Shown piece after piece: positions 11,430-21,883 of a stretch of 64,000 bases of DNA. The position numbers were made by a program, and so were the translations under genes. Below the pieces are notes generated by a model, which made no database searches, was not told where the DNA came from, and was given only the letters and a program-made list of their open reading frames with translations. The DNA is taken from positions 493,881-557,880 of the forward strand of contig OZ223272.1 of assembly GCA_965140585.1 (NCBI GenBank). Reading direction: 5' to 3'. Source of the DNA: Spirochaetia bacterium. Its GTDB lineage: Bacteria > Spirochaetota > Spirochaetia > UBA9216. Position 1 is the first letter of the stretch. Each line of letters opens with the position of its first letter.

Positions 11430-12287
11430 TTAAACTATCAGCTCGCCGCTTGAGTATTCACAGGACTTACCGTTTACATCAATCAATAAAGCACCGCTTA
11501 AACCTACTCCTGCCATGACTCCGCTTACAACAGCTCCCGAAGCCCCCGAGGAGAAATCATCAGGCATGCCTGTTCTGAATTCAACATTTTCTCCAATGCG
11601 GTAAAGCCGTTTTTCCAGCCTTGCCTGCCACTGATTCTCAGAAACAGTACTTTGAAGTTTTTCAAGAAACAGCTGAAGCAGTCGGTTACCATAAGGTCCG
11701 TATCCGGGTCCGTCTGCTGATTCATAGTATAATGCTTCTCCGGAAGTCACCGGCTTTCCCGAACCGGAAAGAAGCTCCATACTGGTTGCGGGTCTTCTGA
11801 ATCCCTCATCATGTTTTTCAAGCCTGAGATTAATACCGACACCGGCGTAAATGAACCTTCCCGAAGCCTCGCATAATATTCCGCATATTTTACGGCCGTC
11901 CGCCAGAACATCATTAGGCCACTTGATTGAAACAGTCCCCTTCGGAGTCCCTGCAAACTCTTCGATCGCCTCAGCCGCGGCAATACCGCATAGAAGGGGT
12001 AAAAGAGTAAACGGCTTATCACCCATAGCAGGGTTAATATGATCCTGATGAAATATCACTGTAAAAAGAAGACTTCCGCCGTGCTCCGACTCCCAGCGCC
12101 TGCCGTCTATTCTGCCGCGGCCGCTGTTCTGGAATCCTGCCGCAATTACCGAACCGGAGGGCGCCTCATCACGCGCAAGAACACGGGCATCACTCATGGT
12201 TGATTCAGTTTCACCAATATACCAGACCGGGGATTGTTTACCATTGACAGAGAACGGGTTAATTATATCAGGAATAAGCTCATACAT
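11430..12287 (-). CDS. birA: Biotin--[acetyl-CoA-carboxylase] ligase (no HTH domain)
   Basis: ETESTM, QNSGRGR...RRW, IKWPNDVLADGRKICGILCE, GVGINL. Confidence 0.93.
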   Translation of the reverse strand: MYELIPDIINPFSVNGKQSPVWYIGETESTMSDARVLARDEAPSGSVIAAGFQNSGRGRIDGRRWESEHGGSLLFTVIFHQDHINPAMGDKPFTLLPLLCGIAAAEAIEEFAGTPKGTVSIKWPNDVLADGRKICGILCEASGRFIYAGVGINLRLEKHDEGFRRPATSMELLSGSGKPVTSGEALYYESADGPGYGPYGNRLLQLFLEKLQSTVSENQWQARLEKRLYRIGENVEFRTGMPDDFSSGASGAVVSGVMAGVGLSGALLIDVNGKSCEYSSGELIV

Positions 12288-13383
12288 TATCGGATCTCTG
12301 AATTATTCCGCCGCCAATGACGAGCTCTCCGTCATAAAAGACTGCTGACTGGCCGGGGGTGGCTACGGCCGGAGATTCAAGACGAACCTCAAACCTGTCA
12401 TCACCTGCGGGAGTAATCTGTGCGGCATATTCTGTTGAATTGTATCTGACCTGAACTTTGCATTCCAGCTGCTTTACAGGTTTGTCTATAAACCAGTTTG
12501 TATCAGAAATAACAAAATCATCAGTGCCCTGCTCTTCCTTCCGGCCTACAACTACACGGTTATCCGCGGGGTCAATCGAGACAACATACCAGGGGCCGTT
12601 ACCCAGCCCAAGACCCTTGCGCTGACCGATTGTATAGTGAAGGAACCCTCTCGACGGCCCCAGCTTCTTCCCGCTTGTATCACAGATTGTTCCGGGATGA
12701 TCATTTTTATCCAGAACATCTGAAGGAAGGTAGCGCTTCATGAATTTTATATAATCATCATCTATAAAACAGATATCCTGACTTTCCTTGATGGCCTTGC
12801 CGAAGAATCCGTGTTCATCAGCTATATCCTTGATTCTCTCCTTGGTGTACTCTCCAAGCGGAAAAATACAGTGCTGCAGAACTTCACGCTTTATTCGATA
12901 AAGCATGTAGGACTGATCTTTTGACGGGTCGGCTGCCTTACGAAGGAACAGCCTGCCGTCTGACTCTGCAGTACGGACATAATGACCCGTGCAGAAGTAA
13001 AAATCCCCGGCCGATGCCCCCTCCTTTTCACAGGCGATATTGAGGCAGCTGCGGTAAAACTCGCTGAATCGGACCCTCTCATTGCAGCGTACACAGGGGT
13101 TGGGAGTCATCCCGGAAAGATAGTTTCCGGCAAAATCATCCATAACACTTTTCCGGAAAAGGCTCTCAAGATCGACTACATGGTAATTTATACCGAGCCT
13201 GCTGCAGACATTGCCCGCCCTTTCCTGAAGACCGGGACTCGAAAGCCTCAGCTCATCCCACCAGTGGGTAACTCCGAATATTTTATTGTCAGGATAAATC
13301 TCCCGGAAGCCGGGATCATTTTTAAGAAGCCAGGCGGCAGCGCTTGAATCCACCCCGCCGCTCATTGCTACAGCAGTTATCAT
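12280..13383 (-). CDS. mnmA: tRNA 2-thiouridine(34) synthase
   Basis: AMSGGVDSS, TPNPCVRCN, TGHY, KDQSY, ESQDICF, YTIGQRKGLG, TPGQSAVFY. Confidence 0.96.
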   Translation of the reverse strand: MITAVAMSGGVDSSAAAWLLKNDPGFREIYPDNKIFGVTHWWDELRLSSPGLQERAGNVCSRLGINYHVVDLESLFRKSVMDDFAGNYLSGMTPNPCVRCNERVRFSEFYRSCLNIACEKEGASAGDFYFCTGHYVRTAESDGRLFLRKAADPSKDQSYMLYRIKREVLQHCIFPLGEYTKERIKDIADEHGFFGKAIKESQDICFIDDDYIKFMKRYLPSDVLDKNDHPGTICDTSGKKLGPSRGFLHYTIGQRKGLGLGNGPWYVVSIDPADNRVVVGRKEEQGTDDFVISDTNWFIDKPVKQLECKVQVRYNSTEYAAQITPAGDDRFEVRLESPAVATPGQSAVFYDGELVIGGGIIQRSDNV

Positions 13384-13409
13384 TTTTCAAATATAGTATT
13401 AATGGAGAC

Positions 13410-13438
13410 AAAAAAAAAGCGGCTGTAAAAACAGCCGC
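13410..13438 (-). terminator. Rho-independent terminator
   Basis: Minus strand GCGGCTGT-TTTT-ACAGCCGC followed by a T run, after the 14084 gene. Confidence 0.75.
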
Positions 13439-13451
13439 CTGCTGGGTAGAA

Positions 13452-14084
13452 TTACATTGTTAACGAAAAGGTTCCGGATTCACCGCTAAGGACATAGCCA
13501 TTAACAGTTCCAGTACAATCATAGGTTGCAATTGCGGATGTACTGCTGTCAGAAAGAGTCATCGAATAATCCAAGGAATTAACAACATCTATTTCAATAT
13601 CAGTATCAAGATCCGCTCCGGTTATATGGAGGGTATCATCATCTCTAGTATAAAAGAGCAACTTGTAACTGTATGTGTAGGTAGTGAGATTAACGATCGT
13701 GAATGCATAGGTATACTCATAATACATTGTACCATCAAGAGTATATACAGTGGAATTATCATCCTCATCAGTATAGGCTACCTCATAATCTGTGAAAGAT
13801 ACAGAAAATGTACCTACAGCATTGGTTAAACTATCCTCACCGTCATAATCTGAAGAATATACAAATTCAGCTACTCCACCACCGCTCTGTTCATAAGTAA
13901 ATGTATTATCTACCGTTGCACCTAATCCGCGACTTCCAGCACTGTCATCTACTTCATTAAACCCTGAAGATAAAACCTGTACTGTTTTTACTGCAGTAGC
14001 TTCATCCATTTCATCAATATTTCCACAGGATGATAACCCCAGGATTATTGCAACAATACTTGTTAATATAAGAAATCGTTTCAT
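13452..14084 (-). CDS. Hypothetical acidic, beta-rich lipoprotein
   Basis: Lipobox LGLSSC; GGAGGG RBS before MKRFLIL; rich in D/T/Y/S. Confidence 0.75.
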   Translation of the reverse strand: MKRFLILTSIVAIILGLSSCGNIDEMDEATAVKTVQVLSSGFNEVDDSAGSRGLGATVDNTFTYEQSGGGVAEFVYSSDYDGEDSLTNAVGTFSVSFTDYEVAYTDEDDNSTVYTLDGTMYYEYTYAFTIVNLTTYTYSYKLLFYTRDDDTLHITGADLDTDIEIDVVNSLDYSMTLSDSSTSAIATYDCTGTVNGYVLSGESGTFSLTM

Positions 14085-14245
14085 ATTTCCCTCCATAAAA
14101 AACGTTTATTCTTTTATCGATTAATATAACACCCTTTTCACAGGAAACAAATGAGTTTCTACTCACTTTAATATTTACATACAGTTTACCCATTTTTTAC
14201 ACTCCCCGGATCTACATTAAATACATACAGAAACAGGGAGTTGAA

Positions 14246-14633
14246 ATGAAAAAGAAATCACACTTTAACCCGAAACACATTCTGCTTCTTCTTTTTACGG
14301 CTTCAGCTGTGCTGTTTACATCATGCCTGACAGACAAAGAAGAAGAAAATAATCAGCCGTCCATGCAGCAGCCTCCGCAGGACGGAATGCTGGGTCCTCC
14401 ACCGGGAGTACATGCTGATAAGCAGCATATTGCGGCACTGCTTAAAGGGCTGTATACGCTTGACGGTGGTGAAGACTCTCGCAGCGGTGCTCGTAACTAA
14501 AGGCTTAAACATCAGCCTTAAAAGCAAAAATATTGTTACGACAGAGGGTTCGAAGCCGCGTGTGTGTAAGGACGAAACCCAGTTCATCAACCGGAATTCT
14601 GCTGGAGTCGTCTCCGGACAGATGGGATACTGA
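14246..14633 (+). pseudogene. Probable degraded lipoprotein gene (beta-helix-type surface protein remnant)
   Basis: Good RBS and lipobox (LFTSC) ORF 14246-14500 stops after GLYTLDGGEDS; a shifted frame continues as LAAVLVTKGLNISLKSKNIVTTEGS, resembling beta-helix repeat text. Confidence 0.45.
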
Positions 14634-14755
14634 TAGAAACAACGGAAACAGGCTGGTTCCCGCTTTTATCTCTGATGCCGATTTCTGCTCATTATGGGGT
14701 CAGGAAAATCTGTTATATTTTTGATTAATTCTTGAATGACGGTTATACTCAGCCC

Positions 14756-15121
14756 ATGTATCAGATAACTTTCTTTGTACCCAAAGAACAGGCCGAAGAG
14801 GTCAAAGAGGCGATGTTTGCAGCAGGTGCCGGTGCGATGGGTGAGTACTCAAACTGCAGCTGGGAAATTGAAGGAACCGGCCAGTTTAAGCCGCTTTCAG
14901 AAAGCACTCCGTTTATAGGCGAGCGCAACAGCCTTTCAAGGATTCCCGAGTTGCGTGTTGAAATGATGTGTCTTGATGAATGCATTGAAGCGGCGCTTAA
15001 GGCTCTTGTAGACACGCATCCGTATGAAGTTCCCGCCTACTTTGCGGTTAAATTCTCAACTCTTGAAGATTTCCCCGAGGGGGTGGCGGAAGACCGGCCC
15101 GGCGTACCCGGCGGAGTATAA
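14756..15121 (+). CDS. NIF3/YqfO-like (PII-like domain) protein
   Basis: FFVP...VKEAMFAAGAG.MGEYSNCSW...GTGQFKP and HPYEVPAY motifs. Confidence 0.88.
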   Translation: MYQITFFVPKEQAEEVKEAMFAAGAGAMGEYSNCSWEIEGTGQFKPLSESTPFIGERNSLSRIPELRVEMMCLDECIEAALKALVDTHPYEVPAYFAVKFSTLEDFPEGVAEDRPGVPGGV

Positions 15122-15198
15122 ACGAGCCGGGAGCTGTACGGCGGATTAAACCGGGCTGTAGACAGGGGGAGACTTCCCCCTCTTAGATTCTCCGGATT

Positions 15199-15462
15199 TT
15201 ATTTATTGTCCGGGGTAGTAGCCTTATCAAAGGCGCGGAGGATGGTCATTGCCTCTTCATTGCTTGAGCCGCAGAACTCCGGTGTCGGGGTGAAGTTGCG
15301 GCAGGCTGAGGGGTAATCGGGGCTGTTCCAGATTGTACAGAGTCCGTGCTCATCAAGATTGACGCAGCGGACGCCACCGGGTTTACCTTCGGGCATTCCT
15401 GGTATTGCCTGGGAAATTGAAGCTTCAATACAGCATGCGGCACAGCCTTTGCGGCATTCCAT
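15199..15462 (-). CDS. YkgJ/YeiW family cysteine-cluster protein
   Basis: MECRKGCAACCI...PGMPEGKPGGVRCVNLD...C.I...P.AC..F.P..EFCG. Confidence 0.88.
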   Translation of the reverse strand: MECRKGCAACCIEASISQAIPGMPEGKPGGVRCVNLDEHGLCTIWNSPDYPSACRNFTPTPEFCGSSNEEAMTILRAFDKATTPDNK

Positions 15463-15511
15463 TTTATCCTCCGATGCCGCGATTATCTCATCTTTTTTCT
15501 ATAAATACTAC

Positions 15512-15568
15512 TTGATACAAACCGATAATAGGCGTATATTTATGCACACTTTGGTATATTTATACATT
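15512..15568 (+). promoter_or_regulatory. arg operon promoter with tandem ARG boxes
   Basis: TTGATA(15512)-17-TATATT(15535); repeated palindromic cores GTATATTTATGCA (15534-15546) and GTATATTTATACA (15554-15566) with 20-bp period directly before argR. Confidence 0.8.
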
Positions 15569-15578
15569 GGGGTTGATT

Positions 15579-16040
15579 ATGCAGAAAACACAGCGGTTTG
15601 AGGCGGTAAGAAAGATCATTCGTGAAAAACGGATAGAAAGTCAGGAACAGCTGCTTAACGAGCTGCACCGGAAGGGCTTCGACGTAACCCAGGCTACCCT
15701 GTCCAGGGATCTGAAACAGCTGAAGGTTGCAAAGGTTCCCGACGGAGTATCAGGCTACAAGTATACAATACCCGAGTACCAGAAACCGCAGAGGGAGGCA
15801 GGTGCCGCCTCTGTATATATAGAAGATTTGCGGAGAGGCTTTGTATCACTTGCCTTTTCTGGCAATATATGTGTAATTTCAACACTTGAAGGTCATGCGA
15901 ACAGCGTGGCTTCGGCCATCGATAATATCGAAGTCCCGGGGATACTGGGAACTCTGGCCGGTGACGATACAATCATGGCGGTACTGTCGGAAGGCAGCGA
16001 TCGCAGGGAAATTGAAGATTTTTTCAGGGGGATAGAATGA
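15579..16040 (+). CDS. argR: Arginine repressor
   Basis: SQEQLL..L...GFDVTQATLSRDLKQL and GTLAGDDTI. Confidence 0.96.
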   Translation: MQKTQRFEAVRKIIREKRIESQEQLLNELHRKGFDVTQATLSRDLKQLKVAKVPDGVSGYKYTIPEYQKPQREAGAASVYIEDLRRGFVSLAFSGNICVISTLEGHANSVASAIDNIEVPGILGTLAGDDTIMAVLSEGSDRREIEDFFRGIE

Positions 16041-17077
16041 AAGCAGCGATACTCGGAGCAACAGGTTATACGGGAATGATCCTGCTGAGGCTTCTTGCTG
16101 ATCATCCGGATATTACAGAAATCATACCGGTCTCATCATCGAGCGCCGGAAAGCATATAAAAGAAATCGACCCGGGCGTATACACTGCCCTTGCTGCAAA
16201 GACTGCGGCAACCGGCGGATGCACGACAACCGTAGCCGAGGCGGTTAAGGCAGGGCCGGATGTTGTATTTGCAGCGCTTCCGCATCTTGAATCTGCAAAG
16301 ATATGCGAACCATTCTTCGGCAAGGCTGTCATCATTGACCTTTCAGCCGACTTCAGGATCAAAAATCATGATACATTTTTCAAGGCATACGGGGTTGCTC
16401 CCGAACGTCCGGACCTGCTTGAGAAGGCAGTATACGGACTGTCTGAAATTTATACCGATGAGATCAAAAAAGCGGACCTGGTTGCAAACCCCGGCTGCTA
16501 CCCTACATCTGTACTGCTTCCCACTCTTCCGATTGTTAAGGAGTTCGGACTGAAAGGCAGGGTGATAATCAATTCGCTTTCAGGAGTTTCCGGGGCCGGG
16601 AAAAAGGCTGCGGTTAACAACCTCTTCGTTGAACGGACCGAAAACTGCGGCGCATATGCTCCCGGAACCTCGCACAGGCACCAGCCCGAGATCAAGCAGG
16701 AACTTGACCGCAATGCCGATGTGGCCCTGCCGGTTCTTTTTACACCGCACCTTGTTCCGCTGAAACGGGGCATGGAATCAACTATAATTGTAGAACCTGC
16801 GAAGCAGCTTTCAGATGCCGATATTGCAGCTGTATACGAGAAATACTACGGCGCAAGCCCCTTCGTTGAGGCTGACGGCGGCAGGCTGCCGCAGAGCCGT
16901 GATGTCTGGGGTTCAAACTCATGCCGAATCAGCTGGAAAGTTGAGGACGGGGTTTTGATGCTTTTCTCGGTTATAGACAACCTCGTGAAGGGCGCATCGG
17001 GACAGGCCGTGCAGAACATGAACATCCGCTTCGGATTAAACGAAACTGCAGGTCTCAAGATCTACGGGGAACTTTAA
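16037..17077 (+). CDS. argC: N-acetyl-gamma-glutamyl-phosphate reductase
   Basis: GATGYTG, DLSADFR, ANPGCYPT, SGVSGAG, DNLVKGASGQAVQNMN. Confidence 0.97.
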   Translation: MKAAILGATGYTGMILLRLLADHPDITEIIPVSSSSAGKHIKEIDPGVYTALAAKTAATGGCTTTVAEAVKAGPDVVFAALPHLESAKICEPFFGKAVIIDLSADFRIKNHDTFFKAYGVAPERPDLLEKAVYGLSEIYTDEIKKADLVANPGCYPTSVLLPTLPIVKEFGLKGRVIINSLSGVSGAGKKAAVNNLFVERTENCGAYAPGTSHRHQPEIKQELDRNADVALPVLFTPHLVPLKRGMESTIIVEPAKQLSDADIAAVYEKYYGASPFVEADGGRLPQSRDVWGSNSCRISWKVEDGVLMLFSVIDNLVKGASGQAVQNMNIRFGLNETAGLKIYGEL

Positions 17078-17838
17078 TGGAAACAGTACTCATCAAAATA
17101 GGCGGAAGGGCGGCTTCTGAGACAGAGGCGCTTAAGGCTCTGGCATCAGAGATGGCTGAGCTGTCATCAGAATACAGCTTCATACTCGTGCACGGCGGAG
17201 GAGCCGAGGTTACAAAGGTGTCGGAAGTCTTCGGCCTGAAGGCTGTTTTTGAAAACGGAGTAAGAAAAACGACGCCGGAGGAGATGGACATCGTGGACAT
17301 GGTCCTGGCCGGCAAGATGAATAAATACATTGTACGGCTCTTTGCCTCTATCGGGGTGAAAGCTGTAGGAGTCAGCGGCTGCGACGGCGCGGTATTTACC
17401 GGTAAATCTGTTGCAGCCGGATCCAGAACCGGGGCTGTTACCGGGACCTCACCGGAACTGCTTAAGCTTCTGGTTGATGGCGGCTACATGCCGGTAATGT
17501 CGTCGGTTTCGATGGATGATGCGGGAACAGCCCTCAATATCAATGCCGATGACGCGGCGCTTGCGGTTGCCTGTTCAATGCCTGCGGACAGGCTAGTGTT
17601 CATATCGGACATCCCCGGAATACTGAAAGACGGAAAGGTGATTACAAACCTAACCCCGGCGCAGGCGGAGGCCGAGATAGAAGCAGGGGTTATTGCCGGC
17701 GGCATGATACCGAAGGTTCGTTCATCGGCCGGAGCTCTGGCAGAGGGAGTAGGCTCGGTAACTATCGGCGGATACAATGAAAGCGGAGATCTCGCTAAGC
17801 TTCTTGAACGCAGCGAGGGAACAAACATACACAAATAA
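17077..17838 (+). CDS. argB: Acetylglutamate kinase
   Basis: IKIGG, VHGGG, NINADDAA, GGMIPKV. Confidence 0.96.
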   Translation: METVLIKIGGRAASETEALKALASEMAELSSEYSFILVHGGGAEVTKVSEVFGLKAVFENGVRKTTPEEMDIVDMVLAGKMNKYIVRLFASIGVKAVGVSGCDGAVFTGKSVAAGSRTGAVTGTSPELLKLLVDGGYMPVMSSVSMDDAGTALNINADDAALAVACSMPADRLVFISDIPGILKDGKVITNLTPAQAEAEIEAGVIAGGMIPKVRSSAGALAEGVGSVTIGGYNESGDLAKLLERSEGTNIHK

Positions 17839-17860
17839 TACTAAGACAGGAATATATATT

Positions 17861-19093
17861 ATGGAACACATGGAAAAATATGAAGTAACGACGGAAGCAT
17901 ACGATGTTCCCTACCCCAACAACTATACGGTCCCTTTCCATATCTTTGAACATGGAAAAGGCTGTTATGTATACGACAAGGCAGGGAAGGAATACCTTGA
18001 TTTCGGAAGCGGGATAGCGGTAAACGCCCTCGGACACGGCAGGGATGACCTTGCACTTACCGCATATGAGCAGATGAAGAAACTGATTCACGTTTCGAAC
18101 CTCTACACAACCGAGCCGACCCTCGAACTCGGCTTCAAGCTGACATCCTCAGGCAATTTCGAAGCGGTTCATTTCGGTAACAGCGGCTCTGAAGCGAACG
18201 AGGCTGCAATAAAGTACGCAAGAGTCTATTCGCTGCGGACAAAGGGAGAAGGACATCACAAACTGCTGTCCTTCACCAACGCCTTTCACGGAAGGACTCT
18301 CGGGGCGCTCAGCTGCACACCGACCCCCAAGTACCAGGAGCCCTTCGGGCCGCTTGTACCGGGTATTGAAACCTGCACATATAACGATGCGGCTGAACTT
18401 GAGAAGGTACTTGACGACAGCTTTGCAGCAGTAATCGTTGAACCGGTACAGGGCGAGGGCGGCCTGACCGTGATGACTGCGGAGTTTGCCGCAAAGCTCA
18501 ACGAACTGTGTAAAAAGTTCGATGTAATTCTTATTGCAGATGAGGTTCAGACAGGAATTGGCCGTACCGGCTTTCCATATGCCTCATCAATCGTAGGGCT
18601 TGAACCGGATATAATCACCCTGTCAAAACCCCTCGCGGGAGGACTCCCGCTTTCTGCAACACTGATACCCAAAAAGGTTAACAAGATCATCCACGCGGGA
18701 GAGCATGGAACCACCTTCGGAGGCGGACCTGTTACCTGCGCCGTTGCAAACAAGGTTCTGGATATCATCTTTACTCCTGATTTCCTTGCTGATGTACAGG
18801 CCAAGGGCGAATACCTTGCTGAAGGTCTGAAAGCTCTTTCCGACAAGTACGAGGCAGCCGGCGAAGTGAAGGGCCTTGGAATGCTTCGGGGCCTGGCAAT
18901 CGGGACAGCCGACGAGGAAGGAATGACACTCTGCGGAAAGGTCATATCCGAGGGTAAGGAGAAGGGGCTGCTGTTGCTTCGTTCAGGAAAAAATATCCTG
19001 CGCATAGCACCTCCGCTTGTTATAACAAAGGAAGAAATAGACAAAGGTCTTAACATAATTGAAAGCATTTTAAAGGAGATTCAGAATGGCTGA
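17861..19093 (+). CDS. argD: Acetylornithine aminotransferase
   Basis: [52 protein letters not shown]; located in the arg operon. Confidence 0.93.
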   Translation: MEHMEKYEVTTEAYDVPYPNNYTVPFHIFEHGKGCYVYDKAGKEYLDFGSGIAVNALGHGRDDLALTAYEQMKKLIHVSNLYTTEPTLELGFKLTSSGNFEAVHFGNSGSEANEAAIKYARVYSLRTKGEGHHKLLSFTNAFHGRTLGALSCTPTPKYQEPFGPLVPGIETCTYNDAAELEKVLDDSFAAVIVEPVQGEGGLTVMTAEFAAKLNELCKKFDVILIADEVQTGIGRTGFPYASSIVGLEPDIITLSKPLAGGLPLSATLIPKKVNKIIHAGEHGTTFGGGPVTCAVANKVLDIIFTPDFLADVQAKGEYLAEGLKALSDKYEAAGEVKGLGMLRGLAIGTADEEGMTLCGKVISEGKEKGLLLLRSGKNILRIAPPLVITKEEIDKGLNIIESILKEIQNG

Positions 19094-20360
19094 CAAAGAA
19101 ATAAAGAAAATAGTACTCGCCTACTCCGGCGGACTCGACACTTCAATAATCATCCCCTGGCTGAAGGAAAACTACAACGATGCTGAGATCATCGGCTGCT
19201 GCACCAACGTCGGCCAGGATGAAGACTGGGACGGAATGGAAGAGAAGGCGCTTAAATCAGGCGCAAGCAAACTCTACATCAAGGACATCAAGGATGAATT
19301 TGCGGAAGACTTCCTGTTCAAAATCATCCGTGCCGGTGCAAAATACGAAGGCAAGTACCTGCTTGGTACATCAATCGCAAGACCCCTTCAGGCAAAGCAC
19401 ATCGCAGAGGTAGCTCTCGCTGAAGGTGCCGACGCAATCTGCCACGGATGTACAGGCAAGGGCAACGACCAGGTTCGTTTCGAACTTACTTTCAAGGCAC
19501 TTGCGCCCCACCTCAAGGTAATTGCTCCCTGGAGAATATGGGACATCACAAGCCGTGAACAGGCCATCGACTATGCAAAGGCACACAACGTTCCGCTTGG
19601 AAATATCACAAAGAAGAACATCTACTCACGCGACTGGAACATCTGGCACATGAGCCATGAGGGCGGTGATCTGGAAGATCCGTGGAACAGACCGAAAGAG
19701 GAAATGTTCCAGCTTACAAAGTCACCCGCTGACGCACCCGATGCTGAAACAGAGATCACAATTGACTTTGAAAAATCATTCCCTGTTGCCCTCAACGGCA
19801 AGAAGATGAGCGGATTTGAAATCATTGCTGAGCTCAACAAGATTGGCGCTGCAAACGGAATCGGACGTTCCGACCTGGTTGAAACCCGTGTTGTTGGAAT
19901 GAAAAGCCGCGGTGTTTACGAGACTCCGGCAGGAGAGATCCTTTACAAGGCTGTCCGCGAACTTGAAATGCTCACAATGGACTACGATACACTGAGCATG
20001 AAAGACACTTTAAGCCTCAAGTACGCGGACCTCGTATACTGCGGAAAGTGGTTCACCCCGGTAAGAGAATCAATCGATGCATACATGGATAAGGCTGCCG
20101 AATACACAACCGGTTCTGTAAGGCTTGTCCTCTACAAGGGAAATGTAATCATAGCCGGAAGGAAATCACCCTACTCCATCTACATCGAGGATCTTGCCTC
20201 ATTCGGAGAGAGTGCCTACGATCATCATGATGCAACCGGATTCATCAATCTTTACGGTCTTTCAACAGGTGTAACAGCCATGGTGCACAAGAACGTAAAT
20301 GTTTCCGGCGGACAGGTTGAGGAGATAGTTGCCACTGCGGCGACCTTCCACGACAAATAA
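19086..20360 (+). CDS. argG: Argininosuccinate synthase
   Basis: [45 protein letters not shown]. Confidence 0.98.
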   Translation: MADKEIKKIVLAYSGGLDTSIIIPWLKENYNDAEIIGCCTNVGQDEDWDGMEEKALKSGASKLYIKDIKDEFAEDFLFKIIRAGAKYEGKYLLGTSIARPLQAKHIAEVALAEGADAICHGCTGKGNDQVRFELTFKALAPHLKVIAPWRIWDITSREQAIDYAKAHNVPLGNITKKNIYSRDWNIWHMSHEGGDLEDPWNRPKEEMFQLTKSPADAPDAETEITIDFEKSFPVALNGKKMSGFEIIAELNKIGAANGIGRSDLVETRVVGMKSRGVYETPAGEILYKAVRELEMLTMDYDTLSMKDTLSLKYADLVYCGKWFTPVRESIDAYMDKAAEYTTGSVRLVLYKGNVIIAGRKSPYSIYIEDLASFGESAYDHHDATGFINLYGLSTGVTAMVHKNVNVSGGQVEEIVATAATFHDK

Positions 20361-20374
20361 TCCAGGAAATAAAT

Positions 20375-20851
20375 ATGGAAAATATCATTATGCGGCGGGC
20401 AACCGCCGATGATGTTGACAGCATCTATAATCTTACATCTGGCATGGCAGCACAGGGGCTTATGCTTATGCGCAGCAAGTACAAGATAGTCACAACACTG
20501 ACTACATACTTTGTAGCCGAGGACAGTGAAAGCAAGAAGATCGTAGCCTGCGGTTCGCTTGCTCCGCTTTGGACCGACCTCTGCGAGGTATGCGCCCTTG
20601 CCGTCCATCCGGTCTGGCAGGGAAAGGGGCTTGGAAAAAAGCTGGTCCTGGAACTGATTGAAGAAGCAAAATGGATAAGAATTCCCAGGGTCATAACCCT
20701 GACCTATCAGGTGAAGTTCTTTCAGAAGCTCGGGTTTACTATTGTGGACAAGAACGAGTTCCCCAGAAAGCTCTGGCGTGAATGTCTTGAGTGTCCTAAA
20801 CTCGAAGCCTGTGATGAAACAGCACTGGTGATAGATACCGATTTGAGCTGA
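20375..20851 (+). CDS. argA: Short GNAT-type N-acetylglutamate synthase (amino-acid N-acetyltransferase)
   Basis: GNAT motif A (LAVHPVWQGKGLG), LTYQVKFF and P.KLWRECLECPK...CDETAL typical of short ArgA; last gene of the arg operon. Confidence 0.8.
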   Translation: MENIIMRRATADDVDSIYNLTSGMAAQGLMLMRSKYKIVTTLTTYFVAEDSESKKIVACGSLAPLWTDLCEVCALAVHPVWQGKGLGKKLVLELIEEAKWIRIPRVITLTYQVKFFQKLGFTIVDKNEFPRKLWRECLECPKLEACDETALVIDTDLS

Positions 20852-20871
20852 TTTATCAGCGTAAGAATTTG

Positions 20872-20902
20872 AGGCATGGATGACTCAATCCATGCTTTTT
20901 TT
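20872..20902 (+). terminator. Rho-independent terminator of the arg operon
   Basis: AGGCATGGAT-GACTCA-ATCCATGCTT followed by a T run. Confidence 0.75.
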
Positions 20903-20973
20903 ATACAGTTTCAATCTTAAATACTGATTGACCGTTTATTCATCTGGAAGTATGATTCATGAAGGTATCATGA

Positions 20974-21729
20974 ATGAGTAGTTTCCAATCACTTGACCGG
21001 GCAATTGAAATTCTGTTTGTCTTTACAAACACCACTCCGCATATGACCGCTGAAGAGATAGCGGCAAAAGCAAACCTGCCCAGAGGCAGCATATACAGAT
21101 ACATCAATGCCCTTATGGAAAACGGGCTCATTGAAAGATGTCCGAACAGCAATAAATTCCAACTTGGCTACAAGCTCTTATATTTTCAATCTGTCATACA
21201 TCAAAATGATGTTCTGGAAGATATCGCCCTTCCGTACATGCGGAAAATACACGAAGCTACATCCGAAACCGTCCAGCTTGCGCTATACAGAGACGGAATG
21301 GCAATCCCCATCGAAGCAATTGAATCTACGGCTTCTGTACGGGTAGCGCCTCCTATTGGCAAAATGGTACCTCTTCACGCAGGAGCCAATAACAAGGTAA
21401 TACTGGCATTCCGACCGGATGAAGAAATAAAACAGATTCTAAGTAAACCAGTTGAAAAATTCACAGAATCTTCTCCCGTTGATCCGGAGCAGATATGGGA
21501 AAATATCAGGACTATAAGAAAAGACGGCTACGCTTACTCCTGTGAAGAAATGCATTATGGAGCATACGGTATCTCGGCCCCTATTCTCGACCGTAACGGT
21601 CATGCGATTGCCAGCATCGGAGTCTCCGGTCCCATAATAAGAATTTCAGACGAAATGAGAAAATCAGTCAAAGACATTCTTATAAAGGCAACTACAGAAA
21701 TATCAGATCGTTTCAGATTCAGTAAATAA
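20974..21729 (+). CDS. IclR family transcriptional regulator
   Basis: QSLDRAIEIL N-terminus, HTH, ETVQL, PLHAGANNKVILA, GISAPILD...ASIGVSGP. Confidence 0.93.
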   Translation: MSSFQSLDRAIEILFVFTNTTPHMTAEEIAAKANLPRGSIYRYINALMENGLIERCPNSNKFQLGYKLLYFQSVIHQNDVLEDIALPYMRKIHEATSETVQLALYRDGMAIPIEAIESTASVRVAPPIGKMVPLHAGANNKVILAFRPDEEIKQILSKPVEKFTESSPVDPEQIWENIRTIRKDGYAYSCEEMHYGAYGISAPILDRNGHAIASIGVSGPIIRISDEMRKSVKDILIKATTEISDRFRFSK

Positions 21730-21811
21730 ACCCAGACCTATTTTAATCACACATTGAGAGCAATATTCACAGCAGAAATTCACGACTCCTGAACTTCAGC
21801 ATAAAATAAAA

Positions 21812-21865
21812 TTGACAGGTTAATTATATTATCATAGAATGATAACCGTGTTCACATAGTGATAA
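21812..21865 (+). promoter_or_regulatory. sigma70 promoter and IclR-type operator of the TRAP operon
   Basis: TTGACA(21812)-17-TAGAAT(21835) followed by the palindrome TGTTCAC-ATA-GTGATAA (21849-21865). Confidence 0.7.
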
Positions 21866-21883
21866 AGGAGTTCGATTAATTCT

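Noticed and set aside
14560-14640. GGACGAAAC and CTGATAG resembling a hammerhead ribozyme core
   Set aside because: No CUGANGA with a pairing stem II, no UH cleavage site after stem III and no stem I; the motifs do not assemble.
15090-15185. GC-rich imperfect repeats (GGCGGA...AAAC..GC.G) after the NIF3-like gene, considered as REP or CRISPR
   Set aside because: Only two short degenerate copies with no regular spacers; the adjacent GGGGGAG-A-CTTCCCCC hairpin is more simply a terminator-like stem.
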